This document shows positions 1 to 10,005 of a stretch of 64,000 bases of DNA, piece by piece (position 1 is the first letter of the stretch; the number at the start of each line of letters is the position of its first letter). The DNA is from Chloroflexota bacterium (GTDB lineage: Bacteria; Chloroflexota; UBA11872; VXOZ01). The stretch is from contig OZ219802.1 in assembly GCA_964291655.2 (NCBI GenBank), positions 1,536,001-1,600,000 on the forward strand, in the 5' to 3' direction. The notes under the pieces were generated by a model, which was given only the letters and a program-made list of their open reading frames with translations, made no database searches and was not told the DNA's origin. A program made the translations under genes and the position numbers.

Positions 1-73
1 TCGCGGCGCGGGTTGCGAGGGATATCGTCAGCGAGGCGAGGCAGCGCTCATAGGACGTCAGTCGGAAATAGAA

Positions 74-1645
74 TTACCCTCGCCGGAGCGCCCGGCCCGG
101 ACGCGCGCCGGTGGGGGCGCCGTCTGCGATGACGGGTGTGCCGTTGACGAGCACGTGCTCGATGCCGTCCGGGTATTGCCGTGGGTTGTCGAACGTGGAC
201 CGGTCAATGACGGTAGCGGGGTCGAAGACCACAATATCCGCGGCCATGCCGTTGCGGATGATGCCGCGGTCGCTCAGCCTAAAGCGCTGCGCCGGGAAGC
301 CGGTAAAACGCCGGATGGCGTCTTCCAGCGTAAAGAGCCCGAGTTCGCGGGTATAGTGGCCGAGGAAGCGCGGGTACGTGCCGTAGGCGCGGGGGTGCGG
401 CGAACTGCCCATCATGATGGCGTCGGTGGACCCCATGTGCGCGGGATGTTGGATAATCGCCTGTACGTCGGCCTCATTGCCGAAGTGGAACGTAAAGCCA
501 AGTTCCAACGCGGTCTCGTCTAGGAGCCTGAGCAGCAGCGCGTCGGGGGCTTCGCCAACCTCATCGGCCACGTCCGCCAGGCGGCGGCCTTCCCAATCGC
601 TGTAACGTTCCGGGCCGATGTGTGTAATCTGCATGCGGGCGTAGAAGTCGCGCTCGCGGCCTTCAATCTCGTCGAGGATTTGCGCCATGACGTTTGGCGA
701 GCGCACGCGCTTCAACATGGCGTGTGGCCCATCGGCGCCCATCCAAAGCGGTAAAACGAACATGCCGGTGGTTGAGCCGGCGGGATAGCAATAGGCGTCG
801 TAGGTCACGTCCAGACCTTCGGCGCGGGCCGCATCCACCAGCGCAAGCCGCTGGCTGCTCAATCCCCAGGTATGCACGCCGGAGATGAGGTAGTGGGCGA
901 TGTGCACCGGGATGTCGGCCTGGCGCGCCACATCCAGCGTTTCGTGCACCGGGTCCAGGAATTGATCGCCCAGGTGGTAGCGCATGTGCGTGTTGTACAC
1001 GCCGCCGTAGGCGGCAACGGCCTGGCTGATGGCGACGAGTTCTTCCAGCCCACAGAATACGTGCGGGTGGTACGAGAGGCCGGTGGCAAAGCCCACGCAG
1101 CCCTGTTCCATGGCTTCCGCCGCCAGACGCGCCATCTGCTTCAGGTCATCCTCGTGAGCGGGGGAATTCTCCCAGCCAAGCACGGCCAACCGCAGCGCAT
1201 TATGCGGCACTTGAAAGGCCACGTTGACGGCAACTTTGCCGTCGAAGCGGTCCAAGTACTCGGGGATTGTCCGCCAAGGCTCCACGTCTTGGGGCAGATC
1301 GCCATTGATGGCGTGGTAAAGCTGTGTGGTCTCGCGCAAGTGCTTGCGCGACATGGGCGCGTAGCCGATACCGTCGGAGCCGAGAATCTCGGTGGTGATG
1401 CCCTGCGCGACTTTGGGGGTGTGGTCTGGTTCGCGCAGGAGGATCAGATCGGAGTGATTGTGGACATCGATGAAGCCGGGACAGATTACTCTTCCTTTGG
1501 CATCGATCTCGGACTCTGCGGTAGAAGAAGCCAAGCGTCCGACGGCGGTAATGCGGCCTTGGCAAATACCCACGTCGGCCCGAAACCAGGGATTTCCCAG
1601 CCCGTCTACGACACGGCCGTTGCGAATGAGGAGGTCGAAATTCAT
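74..1645 (-). CDS. N-acyl-D-amino-acid deacylase (D-aminoacylase family amidohydrolase)
   Basis: PGFIDVHNHSD metal motif, QGITTE, HPRAYGTYPRFLG, G(M)AADIVVFDP and GI-V-VNG C-terminus. Confidence 0.9.
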   Translation of the reverse strand: MNFDLLIRNGRVVDGLGNPWFRADVGICQGRITAVGRLASSTAESEIDAKGRVICPGFIDVHNHSDLILLREPDHTPKVAQGITTEILGSDGIGYAPMSRKHLRETTQLYHAINGDLPQDVEPWRTIPEYLDRFDGKVAVNVAFQVPHNALRLAVLGWENSPAHEDDLKQMARLAAEAMEQGCVGFATGLSYHPHVFCGLEELVAISQAVAAYGGVYNTHMRYHLGDQFLDPVHETLDVARQADIPVHIAHYLISGVHTWGLSSQRLALVDAARAEGLDVTYDAYCYPAGSTTGMFVLPLWMGADGPHAMLKRVRSPNVMAQILDEIEGRERDFYARMQITHIGPERYSDWEGRRLADVADEVGEAPDALLLRLLDETALELGFTFHFGNEADVQAIIQHPAHMGSTDAIMMGSSPHPRAYGTYPRFLGHYTRELGLFTLEDAIRRFTGFPAQRFRLSDRGIIRNGMAADIVVFDPATVIDRSTFDNPRQYPDGIEHVLVNGTPVIADGAPTGARPGRALRRG

Positions 1646-1724
1646 AGCCTATGCTCTACGATCAAAGACGATTGCTGTGAACCAACTCCGGTTGAATCCG
1701 CGGTACTGAAGAATATCAGCCGCA

Positions 1725-2072
1725 TTACGTGCGTGTGAGTGTCTTTTCCGACACCGGCTCGCCTTCATGCAAACCCTCGAGAAAAACCGCGTCCCGCATC
1801 ACCAAGTCGCGGGAGAAGGGTTTAAGCCCGCTCACGGTTATCACGTCTACTTTTCGCTGAAAATGATCATGCAGAAAGTCTTGGAGTCCGAAAAAGTTGT
1901 CAAGCGTAATTTGCCCGCGCGGAATGTCCACAACGATATCAATGTCGCTGTCGGCGCGCGCAGCGTTGCGGGCAACCGAACCAAAGACGGCGATGCGCCG
2001 CACGCCGAGCGTGCGCAGCGTCGAGCGGACCCTGAAGAGTTCCTCCAGAACGTATTCTCGTGTGGGAATCAT
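1725..2072 (-). CDS. MNT-family minimal nucleotidyltransferase (MntA-like antitoxin)
   Basis: FGSVARNAARADSDID = GSx10DxD motif; 115 aa; ATGA overlap with the upstream HEPN gene. Confidence 0.88.
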   Translation of the reverse strand: MIPTREYVLEELFRVRSTLRTLGVRRIAVFGSVARNAARADSDIDIVVDIPRGQITLDNFFGLQDFLHDHFQRKVDVITVSGLKPFSRDLVMRDAVFLEGLHEGEPVSEKTLTRT

Positions 2073-2416
2073 GGTGCGCTTTCCAGCATTTCCTCTAGCA
2101 GCTCAAGCAGTCGCGGGGCGAACTCCACCGCTGCTCTCCAAACGATTTCATCTTCAATAGTCATATACCCGTGAACCAAGTGGTTGCGCATTCCCGATAG
2201 TCGCCGCAAGGGAATTTCCTGATGCTGTGCTTTGAGTTCATTGGAAACATGTTTCGCCGCCTCGCCAGTCAACTCAATCGACCGCTCCGTGGCCAAACGC
2301 AGCGGGAAGTTGTCCGCTGCGGTGTATTGTTCCAACGAAATTCCGGCAGTCAGGGCTTTGGCTTTTCGCAAGGCGTCCACCATGTGGCGCAAACGCGCAC
2401 GATCCTCATTCGTCAT
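2069..2416 (-). CDS. HepT-like DUF86/HEPN RNase toxin
   Basis: IELTGEAAK and MRNHLVHGY (Rx4HxY); start moved to ATG at 2416 (MTNEDRARLRHM). Confidence 0.88.
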   Translation of the reverse strand: MTNEDRARLRHMVDALRKAKALTAGISLEQYTAADNFPLRLATERSIELTGEAAKHVSNELKAQHQEIPLRRLSGMRNHLVHGYMTIEDEIVWRAAVEFAPRLLELLEEMLESAP

Positions 2417-2514
2417 GTCCAGTGCCAAGCTTAGCCCTGTCACTAGGGATAGAAATACTCTCCTACCTAGGATACCATTCAGGAAGTGCTGTGCTCTGCA
2501 AGTGCCGAGATTCG

Positions 2515-3483
2515 CTACGGCAAATACTGCTTCGGAAACTTCGCAACCACGGTGAAATTCGGATCCACCACGTTGCCGACGCGGGTGCGGCCCACCTGGG
2601 AAACTACCTGAAAAGCGTCCCACAGATCGAACCCGTAGTCGCTGGCGAGCCAGCGGATCAGTTCCACGTGGGCAATCTTATAGGCGTCCATGAGCGGACG
2701 CGCGTTGGCCGCGACCATGATCCACTCGTCGTTCTCAAAGCGCGGCCAGTGTATCGGGCCACCGCTCTTGATTACTTCGACTTCCACCTCCACTTCTGCC
2801 GTTGTTTCCAGCGCCACACCGCAGAGTTCGCCGTCGCCCTGGGCGGCGTGCACGTCGGCAAATTGCAGGTATGCGCCCTTCACGAATACCGGCAGATAGA
2901 CTGTCGTGCCAGGCCCGGTCTCCACGCAATCCATGTTGCCGCCGTGGTGGGCGGATGAGAGCGTGCTGATGTGCTCGCCGAAGCGCGGGGCCACGCCGAT
3001 ACAGCCCAGGAATGGCTGGCACGGGATGGTGATGCTGCCGAGTTTGCTCTCCGGCAAGTCCAGCGTCGCCATCTGGCTTTCGAGGTCGATATCCCAGTGG
3101 TAGTACTTCTGCGGCAGCGGCTCGTTGAGACCGGTCGGCCCGCCGGGATAGTCCTCCACCCCCAGGTTCCCAAACCCGGGATTGAAGCGCGAAAAGGCCC
3201 AGTCGCGGTTCAGGTCTACCCGCAGGATGCGGACACGCAAGACGTCGCCCACTTCGGCCTCTTCCACGTAGTAGGGGCCGACCTGCGGGTTGGCCTGGCG
3301 GAACTCAGTGTCGGCGCGGGAATAGCGGAGTTCCTCCGGCAACTGCTCGCCATTGCTGTCCCAATGACCGGCATCCACCGTCTTGGCGATAACGCGGTCG
3401 CCAGAGTCTATACGCAGCGCCGGATCGTGCGGGGCAAACGTATAGTAATAGATGTTCGGCTCGTGTCGGTGTACGGTAGCCAT
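2515..3483 (-). CDS. Acetamidase/formamidase family protein
   Basis: NPQVGP, PFLGCIGVAP, HGGNMD, DVHAAQGDGE motifs. Confidence 0.9.
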   Translation of the reverse strand: MATVHRHEPNIYYYTFAPHDPALRIDSGDRVIAKTVDAGHWDSNGEQLPEELRYSRADTEFRQANPQVGPYYVEEAEVGDVLRVRILRVDLNRDWAFSRFNPGFGNLGVEDYPGGPTGLNEPLPQKYYHWDIDLESQMATLDLPESKLGSITIPCQPFLGCIGVAPRFGEHISTLSSAHHGGNMDCVETGPGTTVYLPVFVKGAYLQFADVHAAQGDGELCGVALETTAEVEVEVEVIKSGGPIHWPRFENDEWIMVAANARPLMDAYKIAHVELIRWLASDYGFDLWDAFQVVSQVGRTRVGNVVDPNFTVVAKFPKQYLP

Positions 3484-3511
3484 GCGACGCTCCTTTCATT
3501 GAATGTGCGGG

Positions 3512-5152
3512 TTAGCCGCCCATGTGTCGATACTCGTCTACGTTAATCTCAACTGCTACGAGCGCAGGCTGGTCTTGCGCCAGTGCTTCCTGGATTTTGG
3601 CGGCGCACTCGTCTTCTCGCTGAATGTGGAATGCGGTCAAGCCGAACGCGGCGGCGAGCTGCATGTAGTCAGTGAATCCAAAGTCGTTCTCGATGCCTGC
3701 ATATCCCCGCTCTTCCGACTTCATGCGGATCAAGGCCAACGTGGAGTCGACGAAGACGACAATGACGAACGGCGAGCTGCTCTCAGGCGCCAGGCGCTTC
3801 ACGGTCTCCAGCTCACCGGCATACATGAGCAACCCGCCGTCGCCGGTGACGCAGACCACCGGACGCTCAGGGTCGCAGAGCCTGGCGGCCAAAGCCGCCG
3901 GGACACCAAAGCCCATGGTCGAAAGGCCGTTGGAAACGAGGAATGTCTGGGGTTGCGTGCTCTGCCACATTTGGCACGCGAGCAGTTTGTGCGATCCGAC
4001 GTCGCAGGCAAAGACCGTTTCCGGCGGCGTCAATGCGCGGAGCGTCGAGAGCAGGACTTGTGGGGGCACGCCCGTTTCGCCGCCCGTGCGTTTTGGCGCC
4101 AAGCGCTGCCGGATCTTCTCGCGGCAGGCTGCCGCCGCGCGCGCCCCCCAGTCTCCCTGATGGGAGAGTTCGGGCGTGAGCATGCGCACGGTGGATTCTA
4201 AATCGCCAACGAGCACGTAGTCTGCCGCAAAAGCTGAATCGACCTCAGTATGCGGGTGGATGGCAATCGTGGTCGCCTCTGTCTGCCAGGGATGGATGAA
4301 GTCGGAACCGTCCAAACCGACCGCCAGGATGCAATCGGCCTGATCGAGGAATTCATCAACGATGGCATAGCCGTATACGCTGTGAATCCCGGCAAACAAC
4401 GGGTGGCCCTCAGGAAAGACACCCTTGCTCATGGGCATATTGATCACCGGCGCGCCCCATTGCTCTGCCAGCGCGACAATAGATTCTTGACTGAGACGAT
4501 GATTGGTTTCCAGTCCCAGGACTACCACCGGCGCGTCGCAGGTCGTGAGACGCGCCAGCGCGGTATGGGGCAGCGGCGCGGCGTCCAAGACACCGAGAGG
4601 GCGTGCCGAGGCGTGTAAAGGCATTGCGGCCAGGGGCTGGCGCGCCACGGCAGCCGGTAGCGCGAGATGAACCGGACCGGGACGCCCTTGCGCCGCCACC
4701 GCCCACGCATAGGCCAGCGCATCCGCCACGTTGGCGGGGGTCAGGCGCACGTTCCATTTGGTGATGGGCCGCAGAAGCTCCAGCAACGGTGCATTCTGAT
4801 GGGTAGCAAACTCCACGGTAGGGTCTTCAAAGTCAGCAGTGATCACGATGACCGGAAGCCGTGCCAGATACGCGTCGGCAACGGCATTGATCATATTCGT
4901 AGCGCCGGGTCCCAGGGTGGTGAGAAGAACTGATGGAACGCCGGTCACAAAGGCGGTGTTCTGCGCCAAGAAAGCGGCGGTATTTTCGTGGTGGACGAGC
5001 TGGAATTCTACGTGTTCAGCGTAGCAGGCGTTGATGAGATCGACGTTCTCACCGCCGGTGACGCCCCAGAAGCGTTGAATGCCCTGCTGACGGAGAAATC
5101 TGGCAATATACGCCGCGACCGTGAGTTCTGAATTCTGTTGGGCTGCAGCCAT
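3512..5152 (-). CDS. Thiamine-diphosphate-dependent enzyme (acetolactate synthase large-subunit-like)
   Basis: HHENTAAF, TLGPGATN, GRPGPVH, TGDGG ThDP motif; start moved to ATG at 5152. Confidence 0.85.
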   Translation of the reverse strand: MAAAQQNSELTVAAYIARFLRQQGIQRFWGVTGGENVDLINACYAEHVEFQLVHHENTAAFLAQNTAFVTGVPSVLLTTLGPGATNMINAVADAYLARLPVIVITADFEDPTVEFATHQNAPLLELLRPITKWNVRLTPANVADALAYAWAVAAQGRPGPVHLALPAAVARQPLAAMPLHASARPLGVLDAAPLPHTALARLTTCDAPVVVLGLETNHRLSQESIVALAEQWGAPVINMPMSKGVFPEGHPLFAGIHSVYGYAIVDEFLDQADCILAVGLDGSDFIHPWQTEATTIAIHPHTEVDSAFAADYVLVGDLESTVRMLTPELSHQGDWGARAAAACREKIRQRLAPKRTGGETGVPPQVLLSTLRALTPPETVFACDVGSHKLLACQMWQSTQPQTFLVSNGLSTMGFGVPAALAARLCDPERPVVCVTGDGGLLMYAGELETVKRLAPESSSPFVIVVFVDSTLALIRMKSEERGYAGIENDFGFTDYMQLAAAFGLTAFHIQREDECAAKIQEALAQDQPALVAVEINVDEYRHMGG

Positions 5153-5319
5153 GAGGGTACGTGAAATGGTGTTAGGATAGTGAGTGAGTTCTCTCCCTAG
5201 CTTGCGCGTCACTATGCACCTTGTCAACTTGCCTCTGCGAGCGCGCAAGTCACTTGAGACATGCCGCACGAGTCAGTAGTATAGCCCTACAACCTCAGAG
5301 AGTTTAAGGAGTTCAATCT

Positions 5320-5772
5320 ATGCGTGTCGTCTTGCTAAAGAACGTGCCGGACCTTGGTCAGGCCGGCGAAGTGAAGGATGTTGCCGACGGTCACGCGCGC
5401 AATTTCCTCATCCCGCGCGGCTTTGCCCAAAAGGCAACCAAGGGCTCCGAGCGCTTGTGGGATGAACAACAGGCCGCCACGGTGCGGCGCGCGGCGACGG
5501 AACGGCAGGAGGCCGCGGAGACTGCTGCCAAGCTCAGCGGCTCGACCATCGTCGTCACAGCGCGCGCCGGTGAACAAGATCGTCTGTACGGCTCGGTCAC
5601 CGGTCAGCAGATTGCCTCGGCAATCAAGGAACAGACGGAAATCGAGATCGATCGGCATGCGCTTGAATTGGAGCAGCCAATTCGTGACCTCGGCACCTTT
5701 ACGGTTTCGATCAAGCTCGGACACGCCGTAGAAGCGGCGATCTCAGTGGAAGTGCAAAAAGAGGAAGTGTAA
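5320..5772 (+). CDS. rplI: 50S ribosomal protein L9
   Basis: MRVVLLKNVPDLG..G.VKDVADGHARNFLIP, RLYGSVT; AAGGAG RBS. Confidence 0.97.
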   Translation: MRVVLLKNVPDLGQAGEVKDVADGHARNFLIPRGFAQKATKGSERLWDEQQAATVRRAATERQEAAETAAKLSGSTIVVTARAGEQDRLYGSVTGQQIASAIKEQTEIEIDRHALELEQPIRDLGTFTVSIKLGHAVEAAISVEVQKEEV

Positions 5773-7146
5773 GTGGCGTCCGACTTCATCGCCAACTCCA
5801 GCACCGGACGCCTGCCGCCGCAAAACATTGAGGCGGAACAAGCGGTATTGGGCAGCATGCTCATCGATCCCGAGGCCATAGAGCGTGTGGCACAGTTCTT
5901 GCAGCCTGAAGACTTCTACCGGGAAGCGCACCAACACATCTACCGGGCAGGACTTACCCTGTACGAGCGCCGGGAGCCGACGGACTTTGTGACTATCTGC
6001 GATGAGTTGAACCGCAATTCTCTCATTGAAGAAGTCGGCAACGAGACCTATGTGGCATCCCTTGCCAACGTCACCCCGACGTCGGTGCACGCGGAACATT
6101 ACGGGCACATCGTCGAGCGGCACGCGGTGATGCGGCGTATTATCAGCGCCGCCGCCGAGGTCGCGGCGATTGGGTACGACACGCAGCTTGACGTGGAAGA
6201 TGCCATGGACAAGGTTGAGCAGGTGCTCTTCAGTCTTGCGCGACACGCCACGGACCAGGACTTCATCCACATTCGACCGGTAGTGGACGAATACTGGGAG
6301 AAGCTAACGGGCGCCCGGCAGGGAGAGCAGCCTGCGCCCGGCGTCCGCTCCGGCTTCCGCGGCCTCGACCGCCTGACGGCCGGGCTGCAACGCTCGGACC
6401 TGATCATCATCGCAGGTCGGCCATCCACCGGCAAGACGACCTTAGCGCTCAACGTTGCGAGCAGTCTTGCCATCTTGGAACCACACGTGCCGGTGGGAAT
6501 CTTTAGCTTGGAAATGTCTGCCGAGCAGCTCGCACAAAGGTTTCTCTGTATGCTCGCCCGAGTTGATTCTCACCGACTTCGCTTAGGCGAATTGAACGAA
6601 CGCGAATGGGAAGAGCTCGGCAGCATGGTAGGGGCTCTCACCGAAGCCCCGATTTTTGTGGATGACAGCGGGTTTCTCAACATCATGGATCTGCGCACGA
6701 AAGCGCGGCGGCTCCAAGCACGAGCAAACATCGGCCTGCTCATCGTGGACTACCTGCAACTGATTCAGGGACGCCGTGGAGGCGAGAACCGCGTGCAGGA
6801 AATCTCTGAGATTTCACGCTCGCTCAAAGCCCTAGCGCGTGAACTCAACATACCCGTGATTGCGCTTTCCCAGCTTTCACGCGCAGTTGAACAGCGGGAA
6901 AACCACCGCCCTATGCTCTCGGACCTGCGCGAATCGGGCGCTCTGGAACAGGATTCAGACCTAGTGATGTTCATCTACCGCGACGAACTGTACGACGAAG
7001 ACACCCCCCGCAAGGGGGAGGCGGACATCATCGTGGCAAAGCACCGGAACGGTCCCACGGGAACGGTAACGCTGAACTTTCTGGAACAGTATTTCGCGTT
7101 TGAAGACAGGCAGGAACAACAGAAGACAAACGGCGCGCCATTCTAA
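5773..7146 (+). CDS. dnaB: Replicative DNA helicase
   Basis: PPQNIEAEQAVLG, Walker A GRPSTGKT, FSLEM, IVDYLQL, LSQLSR, SDLRESGALEQD, KHRNGPTG; no intein. Confidence 0.97.
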   Translation: MASDFIANSSTGRLPPQNIEAEQAVLGSMLIDPEAIERVAQFLQPEDFYREAHQHIYRAGLTLYERREPTDFVTICDELNRNSLIEEVGNETYVASLANVTPTSVHAEHYGHIVERHAVMRRIISAAAEVAAIGYDTQLDVEDAMDKVEQVLFSLARHATDQDFIHIRPVVDEYWEKLTGARQGEQPAPGVRSGFRGLDRLTAGLQRSDLIIIAGRPSTGKTTLALNVASSLAILEPHVPVGIFSLEMSAEQLAQRFLCMLARVDSHRLRLGELNEREWEELGSMVGALTEAPIFVDDSGFLNIMDLRTKARRLQARANIGLLIVDYLQLIQGRRGGENRVQEISEISRSLKALARELNIPVIALSQLSRAVEQRENHRPMLSDLRESGALEQDSDLVMFIYRDELYDEDTPRKGEADIIVAKHRNGPTGTVTLNFLEQYFAFEDRQEQQKTNGAPF

Positions 7147-7419
7147 CGAGCATTCTTGTTGCGATTGGGTGGATCGAGCGGGTGGAATTGGCAAGGTGCG
7201 TTTTCCTTGCCTCTGCCGCATAGGCTCGTGCGAATCAGGGCCCGTGCGCAGCCCTTGGATTCTTGCACATTGCAGTGCCCCCAACTGCAAAGAAATAAAA
7301 GACCGGAAACGGTAGATTCTGGCTTACCTGCTCCGTTGTGCTGAAGTACATGTCATTCCTGTAAATGTTGAGTAATTCGTTGACAGAATTCTCTCCCCAA
7401 TTGGCAGTGCTGACAGATC

Positions 7420-7555
7420 ATGTCATTCCGAGCGATGCGTCGAACCCTGTTCGCGGAATCTAAAGTACATGCAACATGTCGCCAAATAGGCTCAACATCT
7501 TAGATTCCGCGCTCCGAGCGACTCTTCGCTGCGCCCCGTCGGCTGCGCGCTACGT
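7420..7555. repeat. REP-like palindromic element (GTCATTCCGAGCG family)
   Basis: TGTCATTCCGAGCG...GCGGAATCTAA paired with TTAGATTCCGC. Confidence 0.55.
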
Positions 7556-7614
7556 CTCACAAGCCGCATACTTAGTCCTATAACTGCTACCTATCTAAAC
7601 GACAGTACACTCCT

Positions 7615-8409
7615 ATGAATACGATCCGCATCGGTCTGGCGCCATTGAGACAGCCGGAATCCGTGCTGCACGGCACCGAGAGAGTCGACGCCGTCCTCGC
7701 CAGGTGCGCCACTGAACAGGTTGCCATCGTGTGCTTTCCGGAAGCCTATCTGCCCGGACTGCGCGGCGCGAGCTTCGACCTGCCGCCGGTAGACCAAACC
7801 GTAATGGAGGCAGCGCTCAAGCGACTTCGCCAGTCCTGTAGGTCCCACCGTGTGGCCGCTATTGTCGGATTGGAATGGGTGAGCGAACTGGGGCTGGAAA
7901 ACCGCGCCGTGGTGATTTCCGCAGCCGGGCGGCTGCTAGGCTACCAGACGAAGAACCAGATCACGCCGGGCGGCGAATCGAGAAACTACGTGCCGGACGG
8001 GAAGCGGCGGGTTTTTCGTACCGCAGGAGCAGTCTTCGGCATCACGATCTGCCATGAGGGCTGGCGGTACCCGGAAACCGTACGCTGGCCCGCCGTGCGC
8101 GGCGCCCGCATTGTGTTTCAACCCCAGGTCACCGGCAGCGACAAGCAGGGCAATGTGCTTACTACATGGGGGGAGTCCTTCTACGAAAAGGCCATGCAGT
8201 GCCGTGCCGCAGAGAACGGCATCTACTTTGCCAGTGTCAACCAGGCGATGCGCTATCAAAATTCAGCCACAAGCCTCATCGACCCCAAGGGCAACCACAT
8301 GGCATCCGTTCCCTACGGCAAGGAAGGCCTGCTCATCGCCGACCTCGACCTATCCGAAGCATCGCGCTTCTACGCCCGGCGGTACAATCCTGACTGGTAT
8401 CCAGTTTAG
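7615..8409 (+). CDS. Carbon-nitrogen hydrolase (nitrilase superfamily)
   Basis: CFPE, K (QTKNQ), ICHE give the E-K-C triad; RAAENG. Confidence 0.88.
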   Translation: MNTIRIGLAPLRQPESVLHGTERVDAVLARCATEQVAIVCFPEAYLPGLRGASFDLPPVDQTVMEAALKRLRQSCRSHRVAAIVGLEWVSELGLENRAVVISAAGRLLGYQTKNQITPGGESRNYVPDGKRRVFRTAGAVFGITICHEGWRYPETVRWPAVRGARIVFQPQVTGSDKQGNVLTTWGESFYEKAMQCRAAENGIYFASVNQAMRYQNSATSLIDPKGNHMASVPYGKEGLLIADLDLSEASRFYARRYNPDWYPV

Positions 8410-8467
8410 GAAATGGCGCAATTTCAATCCGCAATTCAAGACTAGAGTTGCTGAATTGCAACGCGTG

Positions 8468-8513
8468 TTGAATTTCTTGATGCCACAATCTATAATGTTA
8501 CCTATGTGGTAAC
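8468..8513 (+). promoter_or_regulatory. Sigma70 promoter of higBA with palindromic operator
   Basis: TTGAAT(8468)-17 nt-TATAAT(8491), followed by inverted repeat GTTACC-tatgt-GGTAAC (8497-8513). Confidence 0.75.
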
Positions 8514-8529
8514 GACTTAGGAATCCTTT

Positions 8530-8865
8530 GTGGTTATAGTCTTTAAGTCTCGTAAGCTTGAGAAAACCTTCAATTCCCAGAAAAACCTTACAAAAGCGTA
8601 TGGAGTTCGTCTGGCTAGGGCGGTCATGGTGCGCATGGCAGTGCTTCGGAGATCCCAGACGTTGGCAAGAGTACCTACCACGCCTCCAGAACGCAGACAC
8701 CAGCTAATCGGACAGCGAAAGAATCAATTTGCGGTTGACCTTGTTCATCCGCACAGGCTCATATTCAAGCCAGCAAACGAGCCATTGCCTCAGGCAGAGG
8801 ATGGCGGGATTGACTTGAATCGTGTGACCGCAATCATGGTCCTCGATGTGGTTGATTATCACTGA
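8530..8865 (+). CDS. HigB-like RelE/ParE-family toxin
   Basis: 111 aa, basic; PPERRHQLIGQRKNQFAVDLVHPHRLIF, C-terminal VVDYH; upstream of HigA. Confidence 0.85.
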   Translation: MVIVFKSRKLEKTFNSQKNLTKAYGVRLARAVMVRMAVLRRSQTLARVPTTPPERRHQLIGQRKNQFAVDLVHPHRLIFKPANEPLPQAEDGGIDLNRVTAIMVLDVVDYH

Positions 8866-8871
8866 GCGGAG

Positions 8872-9972
8872 GTGAATGAGATGGCTACGCCAGCAAATCA
8901 GTTTAAGCCGGACTATGCAGTTCCGCCGGGCTGGGTATTGGAAGAATATCTTGCAACAAAGGGGTTCTCTCAAGCTGAATTCGCGCGCCGCTGTGGCCGC
9001 TCCGCAAAATTTATCAGCGAATTAGTCTCCGGCATAGCCCCACTTACTCCTGAGACTGCTCTTCAATTGGAAAGGGTTCTTGGGCTCGACGCTACGATTT
9101 GGCTTGGAATTGAGGCCGACTACAGGCTGCACAGAGCACAGGAGGCAGATAGATTACGTGCAAGAGAATTCATTGAATGGTCGAAAAAGTTTCCCGTTAA
9201 GGACTTGGTGAAGCGAGGCTTCGTTGAGAACACGGCCTCTAACGCGAGCACCGTTTCAGAGATTCTCTCACTCTTTGGTGTTGCATCGTTTGAAGCATGG
9301 CAGACCAAGAGTAGTGAGTTGAGTGTCGCTTACAAACACTCCCCAAGTTTCAAAAGTGATCCAATTGTCTTGGCTACATGGCTTCGTCTTGGCGAGCTGA
9401 ATGCAGCAGAAGAAGTATGCGCTTACTACAAAAAGACTGAATTCAGGCGAGCTCTGGGAAGCATCCGTGAGCTTACGCGAAAGCCTTTTGATGAAGCATT
9501 GGCGGAAGCTCGCGACCTTTGCAGTCTTGCGGGCGTGGCGTTAGTTCTTGTAGAGCCATTCTCAAGAATGGCAGTAAGTGGTGCTGCTCGCTGGTTATCG
9601 CCAAACAAGGCCCTGATTCAACTGAGTGCACGCCACAAGTCCGACGACCACTTTTGGTTTAGCTTGTTTCATGAGGCGGCCCATTTGCTCCTTCATAGTA
9701 AGAAGCATATCTATGTCGATGCCAACAAAGGCACGAATACAGACATTGAAGCCGATGCCGACGATTGGGCGAGCAGTTTCCTAATACCTGACGACGAGTG
9801 GGAACAGTTCGCTGGCTTGCCTAACCATAGTAAATCCGCCGTGCGAGAGTTCGCGGCAGGCCAAGGCATTGCGCCAGGCATCGTTGTAGGCCGACTTCAG
9901 CACGAAAAGATCGTGCCCTGGAAAAACTTAAATGACCTAAAAGTCAAGCTAGAGTGGCGGGACGATTCCTAA
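8872..9972 (+). CDS. HigA-family HTH antitoxin fused to an ImmA/IrrE-like metallopeptidase
   Basis: PPGWVLEE..SQAEFARRCG..ISE..G HTH; FWFSLFHEAAH (HExxH). Confidence 0.88.
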   Translation: MNEMATPANQFKPDYAVPPGWVLEEYLATKGFSQAEFARRCGRSAKFISELVSGIAPLTPETALQLERVLGLDATIWLGIEADYRLHRAQEADRLRAREFIEWSKKFPVKDLVKRGFVENTASNASTVSEILSLFGVASFEAWQTKSSELSVAYKHSPSFKSDPIVLATWLRLGELNAAEEVCAYYKKTEFRRALGSIRELTRKPFDEALAEARDLCSLAGVALVLVEPFSRMAVSGAARWLSPNKALIQLSARHKSDDHFWFSLFHEAAHLLLHSKKHIYVDANKGTNTDIEADADDWASSFLIPDDEWEQFAGLPNHSKSAVREFAAGQGIAPGIVVGRLQHEKIVPWKNLNDLKVKLEWRDDS

Positions 9973-10005
9973 GAGACGGTGAAGACACGGCTCGCCACTA
10001 TGGGT

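Noticed and set aside
5773-7146. Intein in DnaB
   Set aside because: The protein is normal length (457 aa) with uninterrupted motifs.
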